Part shown: piece by piece, positions 1 through 60,744 of the stretch
How positions within the stretch are numbered: the first letter of the stretch is position 1
How the letters are laid out: the number at the start of each line of letters is the position of its first letter
DNA from: Antedon mediterranea
Lineage: Eukaryota > Animalia > Echinodermata
Assembly: GCF_964355755.1 (NCBI RefSeq)
Contig: NC_092679.1
Span: forward strand, 19,637,432 to 19,701,431
DNA length: 64,000 bases
Reading direction: 5' to 3'
The notes under the pieces: generated by a model
The model's database searches: none
Told to the model about the DNA's origin: nothing
The model's input: the letters and a program-made list of their open reading frames with translations, nothing else
Translations under genes and position numbers: made by a program

Positions 1-3000
1 GAAATTTAGCCAATTTTGGAAAAAATCGCTGTACTATAGTACATGGATTTTTTCCAAAAATGGTCAATTTTTTACCATTTTATTTTTCGCCATAAATGGT
101 TACTATAGCATAATAAACATGCGCAGAGTCTAATAATGGGTTCTGCGCATGTCAATTATGCTATAGTAACCCGTTATATCGAAAAATAAAATGTTAGAAA
201 ATTATTTTTAGACATAAATGGTTACTATCGCATAATAAACATGCGCAGAGTCGAATAATGGGTTTTGCGCATCTCAATTATGCTATAGTAACCAGTTATA
301 TCGAAAAATAAAAAGATAGAAATTTAGCCAATTTTGGAACAAATCCCTGTACAGGGATTTTTTCCAAAAATGGCAATTTTTTACCCTTTTATTTTTAGAC
401 ATAAATTGTTATTATAGCATAATAAACATGCGCAGAGTCGAATAATGCGTTCTGCGCATGTCAATTATGCTATAGTAACCAGTTATGTAAAAAAATAAAT
501 AGGTCGAAAATTATTTTAGACATAAATGGTTACTATTGCATAATAAACATGCGCAGAGTCGAATAATAGGTTCTTCGCATCTCAATTATGCTATAGTAAC
601 CAGTTATATCGAAAAATAAAAAGGTCGAAATTTAGCCAATTTTGGAAAAAATCCCTGTACTATATATAGTACAGGGATTTTTTCCAAAAATGGCCAATTT
701 TTTACCCTTTGATTTTTCGCCATAAATGGTTACTATAGCATAATAAACATGCGCAGAGTCTAATAATGGGTTCTGCGCATGTCAATTATGCTATAGTAAC
801 CCGTTATATCGAAAAATAAAATGTTAGAAAATTATTTTTAGACATAAATGGTTACTATCGCATAATAAACATGCGCAGAGTCGAATAATGGGTTCTGCGC
901 ATCTCAATTATGCTATAGTAACCAGTTATATCAAAAAATAAAAAGGTCGAAATTTAGCCATTTTTTGGAAAAAATCCCTGTACTATAGTACATGGATTTT
1001 TTCAAAAAATGGCAAATTTTTTCCCATTTTACTTTTAGACATAAATGGTTACTATCGCATAATAAACATGCGCAGAGTCGAATAATGGGTTCTGCGCATG
1101 TCAATTATGCTATAGTAACCAGTTATATCGAAAAATAAAAAGGTCGAAAATTATTTTAGACATAAATGGTTACTATTGCATAATAAACATGCGCAGAGTC
1201 TTATAATGGATTCTGCGCATCTCAATTATGCTATAGTAACCAGTTATATCGAAAAATAAAAAGATCGAAATGTAGCCAATTTTGGAACAAATTCCTGTAC
1301 TATAGTACAAGGATTTTTTCCAAAAATTGCAATTTTTTACCCTTTTATTTTTAGACATAAATGGTTACTATTGCATAATAAACATGCGCAGAGTCGAATA
1401 ATGGGTTCTGCGCATGTCAATTATGCTATAGTAACCAGTTATATCGAAAAATAAAAAGGTCGAAAATTATTTTAGACATAAATGGTTACTATTGCATAAT
1501 AAACATGCGCAGAGTCTTCTAATGGATTCTCCGCATCTCAATTATGCTATAGTAACCAGTTATATCGAAAAATAAAAAGATCGAAATTTAGCCAATTTTG
1601 GAACAAATCCCTGTACTATAGCACAGAGATTTTTTCCAAAAATGGCAATTTTTTACCCTTTTATTTTTAGACAAAAATGGTTACTATAGCATAATAAACA
1701 TGCGCAGAGTCGAAAAATGGGTTCTGCGCATGTCAATTATGCTATAGTAACCAGTTATGTAAAAAAATAAATAGGTCGAAAATTATTTTAGACATAAATG
1801 GTTACTATTGCATAATAAACATGCGCAGAGTCGAATAATGGGTTCTGCGCATCTCAATTATGCTATAGTAACCAGTTATATCGAAAAATAAAAAGGTCGA
1901 AATTTAGCCAATTTTGGAAAAAAATCGCTGTACTATAGTACATGGATTTTTTCCAAAAATGGTCAATTTTTTACCATTTTATTTTTCGCCATAAATGGTT
2001 ACTATAGCATAATAAACATGCGCAGACTCTAATAATGGGTTCTGCGCATGTCAATTATGCTATAGTAACCCGTTATATCGAAAAATAAAATTGTAAAAAA
2101 TTTATTTTTAGACATAAATGGTTACTATCGCATAATAAACATGCGCAGAGTCGAATAATGGGTTTTGCGCATCTCAATTATGCTATAGTAACCAGTTATA
2201 TCGAAAAATAAAACGGTCAAAATTTAGCCAATTTTGGAAAAAATCGCTGTACATGGTTTTTTTCCAAAAATGGCCAATTTTTTACCCTTTGATTTTTCGC
2301 CATAAATGGTTACTATAGCATAATAAACATGCGCAAAGTCTAATAATGGGTTCTGCGCATGTCAATTATGCTATAGTAACCCGTTATATCGAAAAATAAA
2401 ATGTTAGAAAATTATTTTTAGACATAAATGGTTACTATCGCATAATAAACATGCGCAGAGTCGAATAATGGGTTTTGCGCATCTCAATTATGCTATAGTA
2501 ACCAGTTATATCGAAAAATAAAAAGGTCGAAATTTAGCCAATTTTGGAAAAAAATCGCTGTACTATAGTACATGGATTTTTTCCAAAAATGGTCAATTTT
2601 TTACCATTTTATTTTTCGCCATAAATGGTTACTATAGCATAATAAACATGCGCAGACTCTAATAATGGGTTTTGCGCATGTCAATTATGCTATAGTAACC
2701 CGTTATATCGAAAAATAAAATTGTAAAAAATTTATTTTTAGACATAAATGGTTACTATCGCATAATAAACATGCGCAGAGTCGAATAATGGGTTTTGCGC
2801 ATCTCAATTATGCTATAGTAACCAGTTATATCGAAAAATAAAACGGTCAAAATTTAGCCAATTTTGGAAAAAATCGCTGTACATGGTTTTTTTCCAAAAA
2901 CGGTCAATTTTTTACCATTTTATTTTTCGCCATAAATGGTCACTATAGCATAATAAACATGCGAAGAGTCTAATAATGGGTTCTGCGCATGTCAATTATA

Positions 3001-6000
3001 CTATAGTAACCCGTTATATAGAAAAATAAAATGTTAGAAAATTATTTTTACACATAAATGGTTACTATCGCATAATAAACATGCGCAGAGTCGAATAATG
3101 GGTTTTGCGCATCTCAATTATGCTATAGTAACCAGTTATATCGAAAAATAAAAAGGTCGAAATTTAGCCAATTTTGGAAAAAAATCGCTGTACTATAGTA
3201 CATGAATTTTTTCCAAAAATGGTCAATTTTTTACCATTTTATTTTTCGCCATAAATGGTTACTATAGCATAATAAACATGCGCAGAGTCTAATAATGGGT
3301 TCTGCGCATGTCAATTATGCTATAGTAACCCGTTATATCGAAAAATAAAATGTTAGAAAATTATTTTTAGACATAAATGGTTACTATCGCATAATAAACA
3401 TGCGCAGAGTCGAATAATGGGTTTTGCGCATCTCAATTATGCTATAGTAACCAGTTATATCGAAAAATAAAAAGATCGAAATTTAGCCAATTTTGGAACA
3501 AATCCCTGTACTATAGCACAGGGATTTTTTCCAAAAATCGCAAATTTTTACCCTTTTATTTTTAGATATAAATTGTTACTATAGCATAATAAACATTCGC
3601 AGAGTCGAATAATGGGTTCTGCGCATGTCAATTATGCTATAGTAACCAGTTATGTAAAAAAATAAATAGGTCGAAAATTATTTTAGACATAAATGGTTAC
3701 TATTGCATAATAAACATGCGCAGAGTCGAATAATGGGTTCTACGCATCTCAATTATGCTATAGTAACCAGTTATATCGAAAAATAAAAAGGTCGAAATTT
3801 AGCCAATTTTGGAAAAAATCCCTGTACTATATATAGTACAGAGATTTTTTCCAAAAATAGCCAATTTTTTACCCTTTGATTTTTCGCCATAAATGGTTAC
3901 TATAGCATAATAAACATGCGCAGAGTCTAATAATGGGTTCTGCGCATGTCAATTATGCTATAGTAACCCGTTATATCGAAAAATAAAATGTTAGAAAATT
4001 ATTTTTAGACATAAATGGTTACTATCGCATAATAAACATGCGCAGAGTCGAATAATGGGTTTTGCGCATCTCAATTATGCTATAGTAACCAGTTATATCG
4101 AAAAATAAAAAGGTCGAAATTTAGCCAATTTTGGAAAAAATCGCTGTACTATAGTACATGGATTTTTTTCCAAAAATGGTCAATTTTTTACCATTTTATT
4201 TTTCGCCATAAATGGTTACTATAGCATAATAAACATGCGCAGAGTCTAATAATGGGTTCTGCGCATGTCAATTATGCTATAGTAACCCGTTATATCGAAA
4301 AATAAAATGTTAGAAAATTATTTTTAGACATAAATGGTTACTATCGCATAATAAACATGCGCAGAGTCGAATAATGGGTTTTGCGCATCTCAATTATGCT
4401 ATAGTAACCAGTTATATCGAAAAACAAAAAGATCGAAATTTAGCCAATTTTGGAACAAATCCCTGTACTATAGCACAGGGATTTTTTCCAAAAATCGCAA
4501 ATTTTTACCCTTTTATTTTTAGATATAAATTGTTACTATAGCATAATAAACATGCGCAGAGTCGAATAATGGGTTCTGCGCATGTCAATTATGCTATAGT
4601 AACCAGTTATGTAAAAAAATAAATAGGTCGAAAATTATTCTAGACATAAATGGTTACTATTGCATAATAAACATGCACAGAGTCGAATAATGGGTTCTGC
4701 GCATCTCAATTATGCTATAGTAACCAGTTATACCAAAAAATAAAAAGGTCGAAATTTAGCCAATTTTGGAAAAAATCCCTGTACTATATATAGTACAGGG
4801 ATTTTTTCCGAAATTAGCCAATTTTTTACCCTTTGATTTTTCGCCATAAATGGTTACTATAGCATAATAAACATGCGCAGAGTCTAATAATGGGTTCTGC
4901 GCATGTCAATTATGCTATAGTAACCCGTTATATCGAAAAATAAAATGTTAGAAAATTATTTTTAGACATAAATGGTTACTATCGCATAATAAACATGCGC
5001 AGAGTCGAATAATGGGTTTTGCGCATCTCAATTATGCTATAGTAACCAGTTATATCGAAAAATAAAAAAGGTCGAAATTTAGCCAATTTTGGAAAAAATC
5101 GCTGTACTATAGTACATGGATTTTTTTCCAAAAATGGTCAATTTTTTACCATTTTATTTTTCGCCATAAATGGTTACTATAGCATAATAAACATGCGCAG
5201 AGTCTAATAATGGGTTCTGCGCATGTCAATTATGCTATAGTAACCCGTTATATCGAAAAATAAAATTGTAAAAAATTTATTTTTAGACATAAATGGTTAC
5301 TATCGCATAATAAACATGCGCAGAGTCGAATAATGGGTTTTGCGCATCTCAATTATGCTATAGTAACCAGTTATATCGAAAAATAAAAAGGTCGAAATTT
5401 AGCCAATTTTGGAAAAAATCGCTGTACTATAGTACATGGATTTTTTCCAAAAATGGTCAATTTTTTACCATTTTATTTTTCGCCATAAATGGTTACTATA
5501 GCATAATAAACATGCGCAGACTCTAATAATGGGTTCTGCGCATGTCAATTATGCTATAGTAACCCGTTATATCGAAAAATAAAATTGTAAACAATTTATT
5601 TTTAGACATAAATGGTTACTATCGAATAATAAACATGCGCAGAGTCGAATAATGAGTTTTGCGCATCTCAATTATGCTATAGTAACCAGTTATATCGAAA
5701 AATAAAAAGGTCGAAATTTAGCCAATTTTGGAAAAAATCGCTGTACTATAGTACATGGATTTTTTTCCAAAAATGGTCAATTTTTTACCATTTTATTTTT
5801 CGCCATAAATGGTTACTATAGCATAATAAACATGCGCAGACTCTAATAATGGGTTCTGCGCATGTCAATTATGCTATAGTTGCCCGTTATATCGAAAAAT
5901 AAAATTGTAAAAAATTTATTTTTAGACATAAATGGTTACTATCGCATAATATACATGCGCAGAGTCGAATAATGGGTTTTGCGCATCTCAATTATGCTAT

Positions 6001-6415
6001 AGTAACCAGTTATATCGAAAAATAAAAAGGTCGAAATTTAGCCAATTTTGGAAAAAATCGCTGTACTATAGTACATGGATTTTTTCCAAAAATGGTCAAT
6101 TTTTTACCATTTTATTTTTCGCCATAAATGGTTACTATAGTATAATAAACATGCGCAGAGTCTAATAATGGGTTCTGCGCATGTCAATTATGCTATAGTA
6201 ACCCGTTATATCGAAAAATAAAATGTTAGAAATTTATTTTTAGACATAAATGGTTACTATCGCATAATAAACATGCGCAGAGTCGAATAATGGGTACTGC
6301 GCATCTCAATTATGCTATAGTAACCAGTTTTATCGAAAAATAAAAAGGTCGAAAATTATTTCAGACATAAATGGTTACTATTGCATAATAGAGTCTTATA
6401 ATGGATTCTGCGCAT
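1..6415. repeat. Palindrome-rich satellite, ~320-bp unit (A-A-B), about 20 units, running off the window start
   Basis: The gaaatttagccaatttt anchor recurs every ~310-320 bp; each unit has two hairpin monomers (ggttactatagcataat...attatgctatagtaacc) and one ttttggaaaaaatc..tgtac(tata)ngtaca..gattttttccaaaa palindrome. Confidence 0.97.
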
Positions 6416-6610
6416 ACATTTTTATAGTATATTTTTTAACCCATTTGTTACAAATTCTTTCTCTTTTATTGCTACTTTCCTTTTCTAAAATCATCAGTGT
6501 TAATTTTAATGCTATTAAATTTTGTTACTTAAAGGTAGCATTTTTTGTATATAGATGATATCGACAGCCTCATAACAAAAGTGTCTAAGTCATAATTTTT
6601 GTTTTGTTTT

Positions 6611-6930
6611 TCTGCCTAACTCACTGCTTATATCAATATACTATATTGGTTGTGTTTCTGCCCAATTCAGCTGTGTGACTTAGGCAATTAAGGAGAGCTG
6701 ACTTATGATCTGCCTAACTCACTGCTTATATCAATATACTATATTTTTTGTGTTTCTGCCTAAGTCAGCTGTGTGACTTAGGCAATTAAGGAGAGCTGAC
6801 TTATGATCTGCCTAACTCACTGCTTATATCATTATACTGCCCTCTGTACATTATCTGAGTGCTTTTATATACATTTGCACATGCTCAGATCGTTTTTTGT
6901 GTTTGCAATTAAGGAGAGGAGACTCATGAT
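6611..6930. repeat. 98-bp tandem repeat, ~2.3 good copies plus a decayed one
   Basis: tctgcctaactcactgcttatatca at 6611, 6709 and 6807; internal hairpin tgcctaagtca...tgacttaggca. Confidence 0.9.
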
Positions 6931-6954
6931 TTTTTTAATAAAATAAGAAATACA

Positions 6955-7142
6955 TTTTTGTAGACTCTATAGTTCACTATGTCGGTCAGTTGGTCTGTCT
7001 GTCGGTCCGGTATCACTATGCGTTTTATCGCTTTTCTGTGCTTTTTGAACTGTTTTGATGTACAGAAAAGTTTTAAAGTACATTATTTTTTGAAAGTTCA
7101 TTTTTTTCTTAGAGCACGCAACTTATGGCTGTTGGCCTTGTT
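6955..7142 (+). mobile_element. Short HINE/DINE-1-like non-autonomous Helentron remnant
   Basis: T-run start, gactctatag..cactatgtcggtc followed by a GTC(T/G/C) microsatellite-like tract, and a 3' gcacgcaact...tggc..ggccttgtt end flanked by T's; architecture typical of HINEs. Confidence 0.6.
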
Positions 7143-8157
7143 ATTTAACTTATTTACACATAAAAAATAATTCATTCGTGACAAACAGTAGGATATTATT
7201 GTCTTCATCTTGGAAGTAACCCTATGTTCCATAATTATTCTAAAAAAAACCCGTTTGAAGATGAAGATGAAGTAAAACTTACTTCCCTCCCCCCCCCAAA
7301 AAAAAACCAAAAAAAATTAAGATTAATAAAAAGACTTTGAATAGGCCATTTCACATTTTTAATAAAGATAATCACTTCTGTAGAAAAAAGGCAAAATAAA
7401 CGGTTAAATTCAACCAATAGCCCATTGACTTCCAGTCAATTGACTTTTTTTGCTTTGAATTACAGTTTTGAATGAATAACATTTATGCGATTATTAATTT
7501 GGCATAACCAACAAAAACATTTTAAAAACAATTTCAGAAGGACAATATATCTTTAAGGAATATCGAATTAGATATTCTGAAGTTCGCAGACTTCAGGAAG
7601 CTGAAGAGGAAGAAAAATAACATCACCAAATGAACTGAAAATTCCTTCAAAGAAAACACAGAAAGACTTGTGGAGGGAACTGGTAAAAATGATCAAAGTG
7701 ACCATACAACCACACCCAGTCACAGAACCAGTAATAATGTGTGTATGTTTTGTAACATTGTTAGTAGCATAGTTCAATATTTTCGTGTTCTATTTTACTG
7801 TTGGTTGGTTATTAAATTAATACAAAATTCCACATCCAAAGTTAATGGTAAACTCAGGAGCTTGAAAAAATATCCCTCCAAATATAGGGAAGTGAGCTGG
7901 GGGGATATGGTCCTTGTTCAACCTCCTAAATTGGTTCTATCCCTATCTGTCAAACAAAATATTTCCTCATCAAAAAGGGTAGTGGGCGTAACAATTGTAA
8001 ACCAGCGAATTGTTCATGCCACCCTATTCTTCCGAAATATTTTTTATGTATATTATTATAACTGAATGAAAAAGGTTTTTGCTGAAATTAATAAAAAATA
8101 CAATCTCAAAATAATTTTTAATACAATGATAAATAGCATATACCATATTATCTTGTA

Positions 8158-8365
8158 ATCAATACCAATCAATATCAATCAATATCAATCAATACCAATC
8201 AATATCAATCAATACCAGTCAATATCAATCAAGACCAATCAATATTAATCAAGACCAATCAATATCAATCAATACCAATCAATATTAATCAATACCAAAT
8301 CAATATCAATCAATACCAATCAATATCAATCAATACCAATCAATATTAATCAATACCTATCAATA
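8158..8365. repeat. 10-bp minisatellite (aatcaatayc)n
   Basis: About 20 near-perfect tandem copies. Confidence 0.95.
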
Positions 8366-9029
8366 TATCCTGAATACTAATAATCTTTGAATATTATTTT
8401 TATGAATTTCTTATGATCCTATGATACGAACGAAGCACAATCTTTACCTTATATTGCATATATTTATATAAAAAATGTATATAATACATTTATACACTAT
8501 GTCACATTATATACAGTAGTCCAGGCAATCTATCTATCTATTCCAGTAGATAATTATTTAGTATAAGTAATTAATTTAAAAGTTTTTTGATCAGATCTCT
8601 AGCTAAAACATATAATACTGGCTAATATCTTGCCAGCATAAGTTTAATGATTCACTTGCGCATCTCTTGCAGAATGCGGGACATGCCCCATCAAATATTT
8701 TTTAGGGGACCAAGTAACTACAGTACTTCCTATGACTTTCTCACCCCATCAGACTTTTTACATACCTGTCTGGTGATCATATAGTATATTAAATTCTCTT
8801 GTTTTGTAAAGATTTTAAGTTTGAGAAATCTGCTGAATAAATGAGGGCTGATATTATGAGGGATTTCATCATAGCATAAACAATGTACATATATGCCACA
8901 ACTGGCTCTGAAATGCCGCAGTTAACGAAACAAGTAATCAATACGATTTTCAGACTAATGTAACATGATCGCAACAAAGAATATCCCACTCATAGTTTAA
9001 AACATACAAAAGAGTCCTTTTTTACAAAA

Positions 9030-9225
9030 GAGCAGACGATAATGTATTTCTTTGGCAGACGACACGCATCTTTAACCAAAGGTCTGGTTGTCAGAAACCA
9101 GACGACAATGTATGTTCTTCAGCAGACGACATGCATCTTTATAACCAAAGTCTGGTTTTCAGAGCAGAAGACAATGTATGTTCTTCAGCAGACAGCATGC
9201 ATCTCTATAACCAATGTTCTGGTTT

Positions 9226-9246
<21 letters not shown>
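9030..9246. repeat. ~66-bp tandem repeat (about 3.3 copies) overlapping the PLEKHH stop codon
   Basis: agcagacga/accagacgac/agcagaagac anchors at about 9031, 9097, 9162 and 9230. Confidence 0.85.
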
Positions 9247-57123
<47,877 letters not shown>

Positions 57124-57149
57124 CTATGCAGAGAAAACAAAGAAGAGTT

Positions 57150-57495
57150 AGCATTGTCTAAAAGACCTCTTTAAAGACAACATGTCATTTAGGTACACAG
57201 TGAAGATTTAGCGTCTTCTAAATATCTTTTTAAAGACATCTGGTTACATGTGTTTTTTAGTTATCCAGTGAAGATTAAACAGATTTAGCATCTTTTAAAT
57301 ATCTTTTAAAAGACATCTGGTTACATGTGTCTTTTAGTTATCCAGTGAAGATTACACAGATTTAGCATCTTCTAAATATCTTTTTATCATCATGTTGTTA
57401 CGTTCAGTTATCCAGTGAAGAATGGAATTGGCATCGTCTAAAAGATCTCTTACAACAGGATACACATGTCTTTTACATATCCAGTGAAGAAATCC
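57150..57495. repeat. ~70-bp degenerate tandem repeat (about 5 copies) next to a splice acceptor
   Basis: gtgaaga anchors at about 57200, 57267, 57345, 57415 and 57484. Confidence 0.8.
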
Positions 57496-60400
57496 AATGC
57501 AACACCATCTACAAATCTAGGAAAAACTCAGATATAATCTTCTCAATGTCTTGGTAGTTTAGAATTTTTATATCTGGAACATTTTAGACTTTTGCAAATT
57601 AGACCTCTAAATATGACATCATAAAAAAAAATTGTTTTATTTACCAGTGTTTCATTTAAGTATATATTCCACTTGCAATATTCTTACTTCATTGCACAAG
57701 TTTCTCTGTCAATGTATTTAGTTTAAACTTTGCTGATTTTTAAAAACCCGGGGCAGCCAAGAATTAATCATCCATGAACCATTAACAGTGATTATTATCG
57801 CACGCTGCTGGCGCACGAAAGGAAAGCTAGATTGACGCGTCAGCCAGGAAGTATAAATACAAATCAAAGCGAGCGTTTATGATTCCCATGGCAATTAAAC
57901 TCGTTGATACCTCGATGAAAATTGTGCCGTTTCCTGTGATAATCAGTTGAATAGGTATTATACATGTTTGATCATGATACTAACACTTATTAATTAGTAA
58001 ATTAATTATACTGAAGTATGGGGTAAAAAAAAGCACTTAAAAGCTGTTGAAAGCTGTTGATTGAGAATTAGCATTAATAAAGATATTTGATTTATTAATT
58101 GCAATTTTTAAATCAAATCATATTCATTGAAAAAAAAATGTATTTTATTTTTAATAGTCTGCCCTCCTAATGTTATTATGTAATGTTTTTGTTTAATTTT
58201 TTTCTACTGTTCATAATTGTTTTATTTATTTGAATAAACCTTTTATTTGTATAAATAAGAAAAATATAATGTTAATATTTTGTCAATTTAAGTAATGATA
58301 TTTATACTGATTTTCATAAAAAGAACAACATTTCAACTTTTCCTTTAAATGTTAATTGTCCTTCATGGTAAAGAAAGTTAAACTAACTGTTTAATTTCCT
58401 AACTATAGAGGGAACTAGTTGCCAACTAATGATCGTCTGCAATAAAATTATTGTAAAATTATCGACCCCATCCTGCCCCCACTTTCCCACTCTTGGCACA
58501 CTCTTATTCTGAGGACACACACACTAGACATGAGACATATTCTCATGAACACGGCAAAGCCTCTATTCTGGGGACGCCCTTAAGGGACATGTTATTTCAT
58601 ACAGTTCCTACAGTAATAATAGGGTTATACTATATTTTATGTAGTATTTACCCCCAAATTGTCTATCATGGTTTGAACAATGAACTGAAAAATGAATCCT
58701 TATCTAACATCATACTTTGTAAATAAAGTTTTTGTAATTTTATTTTGAACACAAGCAATAGGCCACCAAAAAAAAAATGTTCTCAAATGATAATAATTAT
58801 TTAAAACATACGGTTATTTTGGATTTATTTATACCAAAACAAATTAAGGGTGGGGGGGGGGGGGGGGGCTAGTAAAATTTTATGAAATCAATCTAAAAGT
58901 TCATGTTTATTAAATTAAATATCAAAACCAGAAAAAATTACTTAAAAGATAAAATCTAAATTTAAATGTACTTGGCACAGATATTAGTTATGAAGGAAAT
59001 GGATTAAATATTTAATACAAGTGTCATCAAATATTAATCATTTTATTATTTACAATTTTTGTATAAAATAACATATCAATTCGAAATTAATTTGAAAACA
59101 GATTAATTATAGTATAATATTAATGACAAACTTTTTGATAGGAATATATTATTTATTAATTTATACTTAATATGTATTTCTATAACATCTACATTTAATC
59201 TTTGAAATTTAAATGTTTTCATTTTATATATAAATAATATATAAAAATATATATAATAAAATAATAAATATTTTTCTTTTTTTCTTCTCTTTCGTGGGGG
59301 TCACCCACATTTATTCATTCTTTTTACAAATATATATTACATAACATATATATATTTTTGTAAAAATAAAAAACAATAAAATTCAATATAGAAGTTAAAA
59401 AGGCACTATACATGTACATATCTCGGAATGATAATGTTCTCCTTATACATTTTCTGTCGGTTACCATTATTGAAAATGCTTGACATTCGTAAAACTAAAC
59501 TACTTTGTTTCACAGTGTTTTAGATGATTAATAACATTTTAAAGTATAGTTTTTATTGTTTGGTAGGGCCCTTTGGGGAGGCGGAGGTCATTTGAGGGAG
59601 GTGCTTATTCGAGGGATATATGTTAAATTTTGTAGTTCTAATAATATGGTAACATTTATAATCAAATGAAATCCTCTCATAGATATGAAAAGTGGTAAAA
59701 AAGAATAACAAATGCTTGGTAAATTGCAGATAACAGTGCGGTGAATTCTACTACAAATAGTATAATTGTGTTATTATAAATATGTGGATGGACGTTTATT
59801 AGATAGTTGGGTTGTGGGGTGGGGGGGGGGGGGGTTATTATTCAAAGTGATGTTTTATTGGAGAGGCGTTTATTCAAATGAATACCATCCTAATAATTAT
59901 TAATACATTATTTAATTTAATCATCTTTTGAAACTAACTGCCGTGACAGAGTGGGCCCAAGAAAGAAGACATTACGGCTTGCAACATGGGCAGACATCTC
60001 GGTCCTAACGGGACACAGGAAGATAGCCTACAGTTATTCCTGCAAGCTTACTCAATAAAACTCAGCTATCGGGATTTCACTCGAAAAATGTCTTATCAAA
60101 TCTCCCTATGTAATTTTATAATACTATTCCCCACAATATATTCTGATTCTTTATGGCGTATATTTAATTTGATCTTTATTAATTTGCAGTATAATTCCTA
60201 TTATTTAACTACTGTACCTTCACACACGTGTGGTATGTTTTAAAATAAACAAAAAACTGAAATGGCTATGATTAATGGCCAATTTTTTTTTCGTCTTCCA
60301 AAGGGACACTGTATTGATTGATGGAAAGTGCCTGTTTCCAGTCACCTTTAGGGTCAAATCTATTATTTTAACTGCTCCCTTGTGTATAAAAGAGAGGAAA

Positions 60401-60744
60401 TATTTGAAACTAAGGTGAACTTATCTTAAACCCGGAAATTACTTTGACCGGGAAGAATTGAAATTGAGAGGAAAATCCAATGTTGAAATCATAAATGTTG
60501 TTAAAAAACTCTTTATAATATCTTCCTAAGATATAAATATGGAACAATAGCGTCGGCGTGCACACTAATGTTATCAAATCTACGTTTCGCGGTACATATC
60601 GGATAGATAAGGTAGGTATCCAAGGCGGAGATTTGTAGAGAAGTTTTTGCATTGTGCTCGCCTATGTCAGAATTAACCATAATTTATATATAGATAGAAT
60701 ATTATCATAGCAGATGTGTTACAATTATGTGTTCTGCCTAAACT

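Noticed and set aside
1173-1358. 61-aa ORF
   Set aside because: Chance frame inside the satellite
1-6415. CRISPR-like or integron attC-like array of palindromic repeats
   Set aside because: The intervening sequences are repeated, not unique spacers or cassettes; no cas or integrase genes; eukaryotic intron-exon context
1-6415. Head-to-head/tail-to-tail concatemer from rolling-hairpin or protelomerase-type replication
   Set aside because: The asymmetric loop (gagtc.aataatgggtt) has the same orientation in every A monomer; inverted concatemers would alternate flip/flop, so these are direct tandem copies of palindromic units
59939-59997. Candidate first exon of PLEKHH (ATG plus GTTAGT donor on the minus strand)
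   Set aside because: The two upstream ATGs checked give phase 1 or 2, while the next exon needs phase 0; no similarity to the family N-terminus, so the true 5' exons probably lie outside the window
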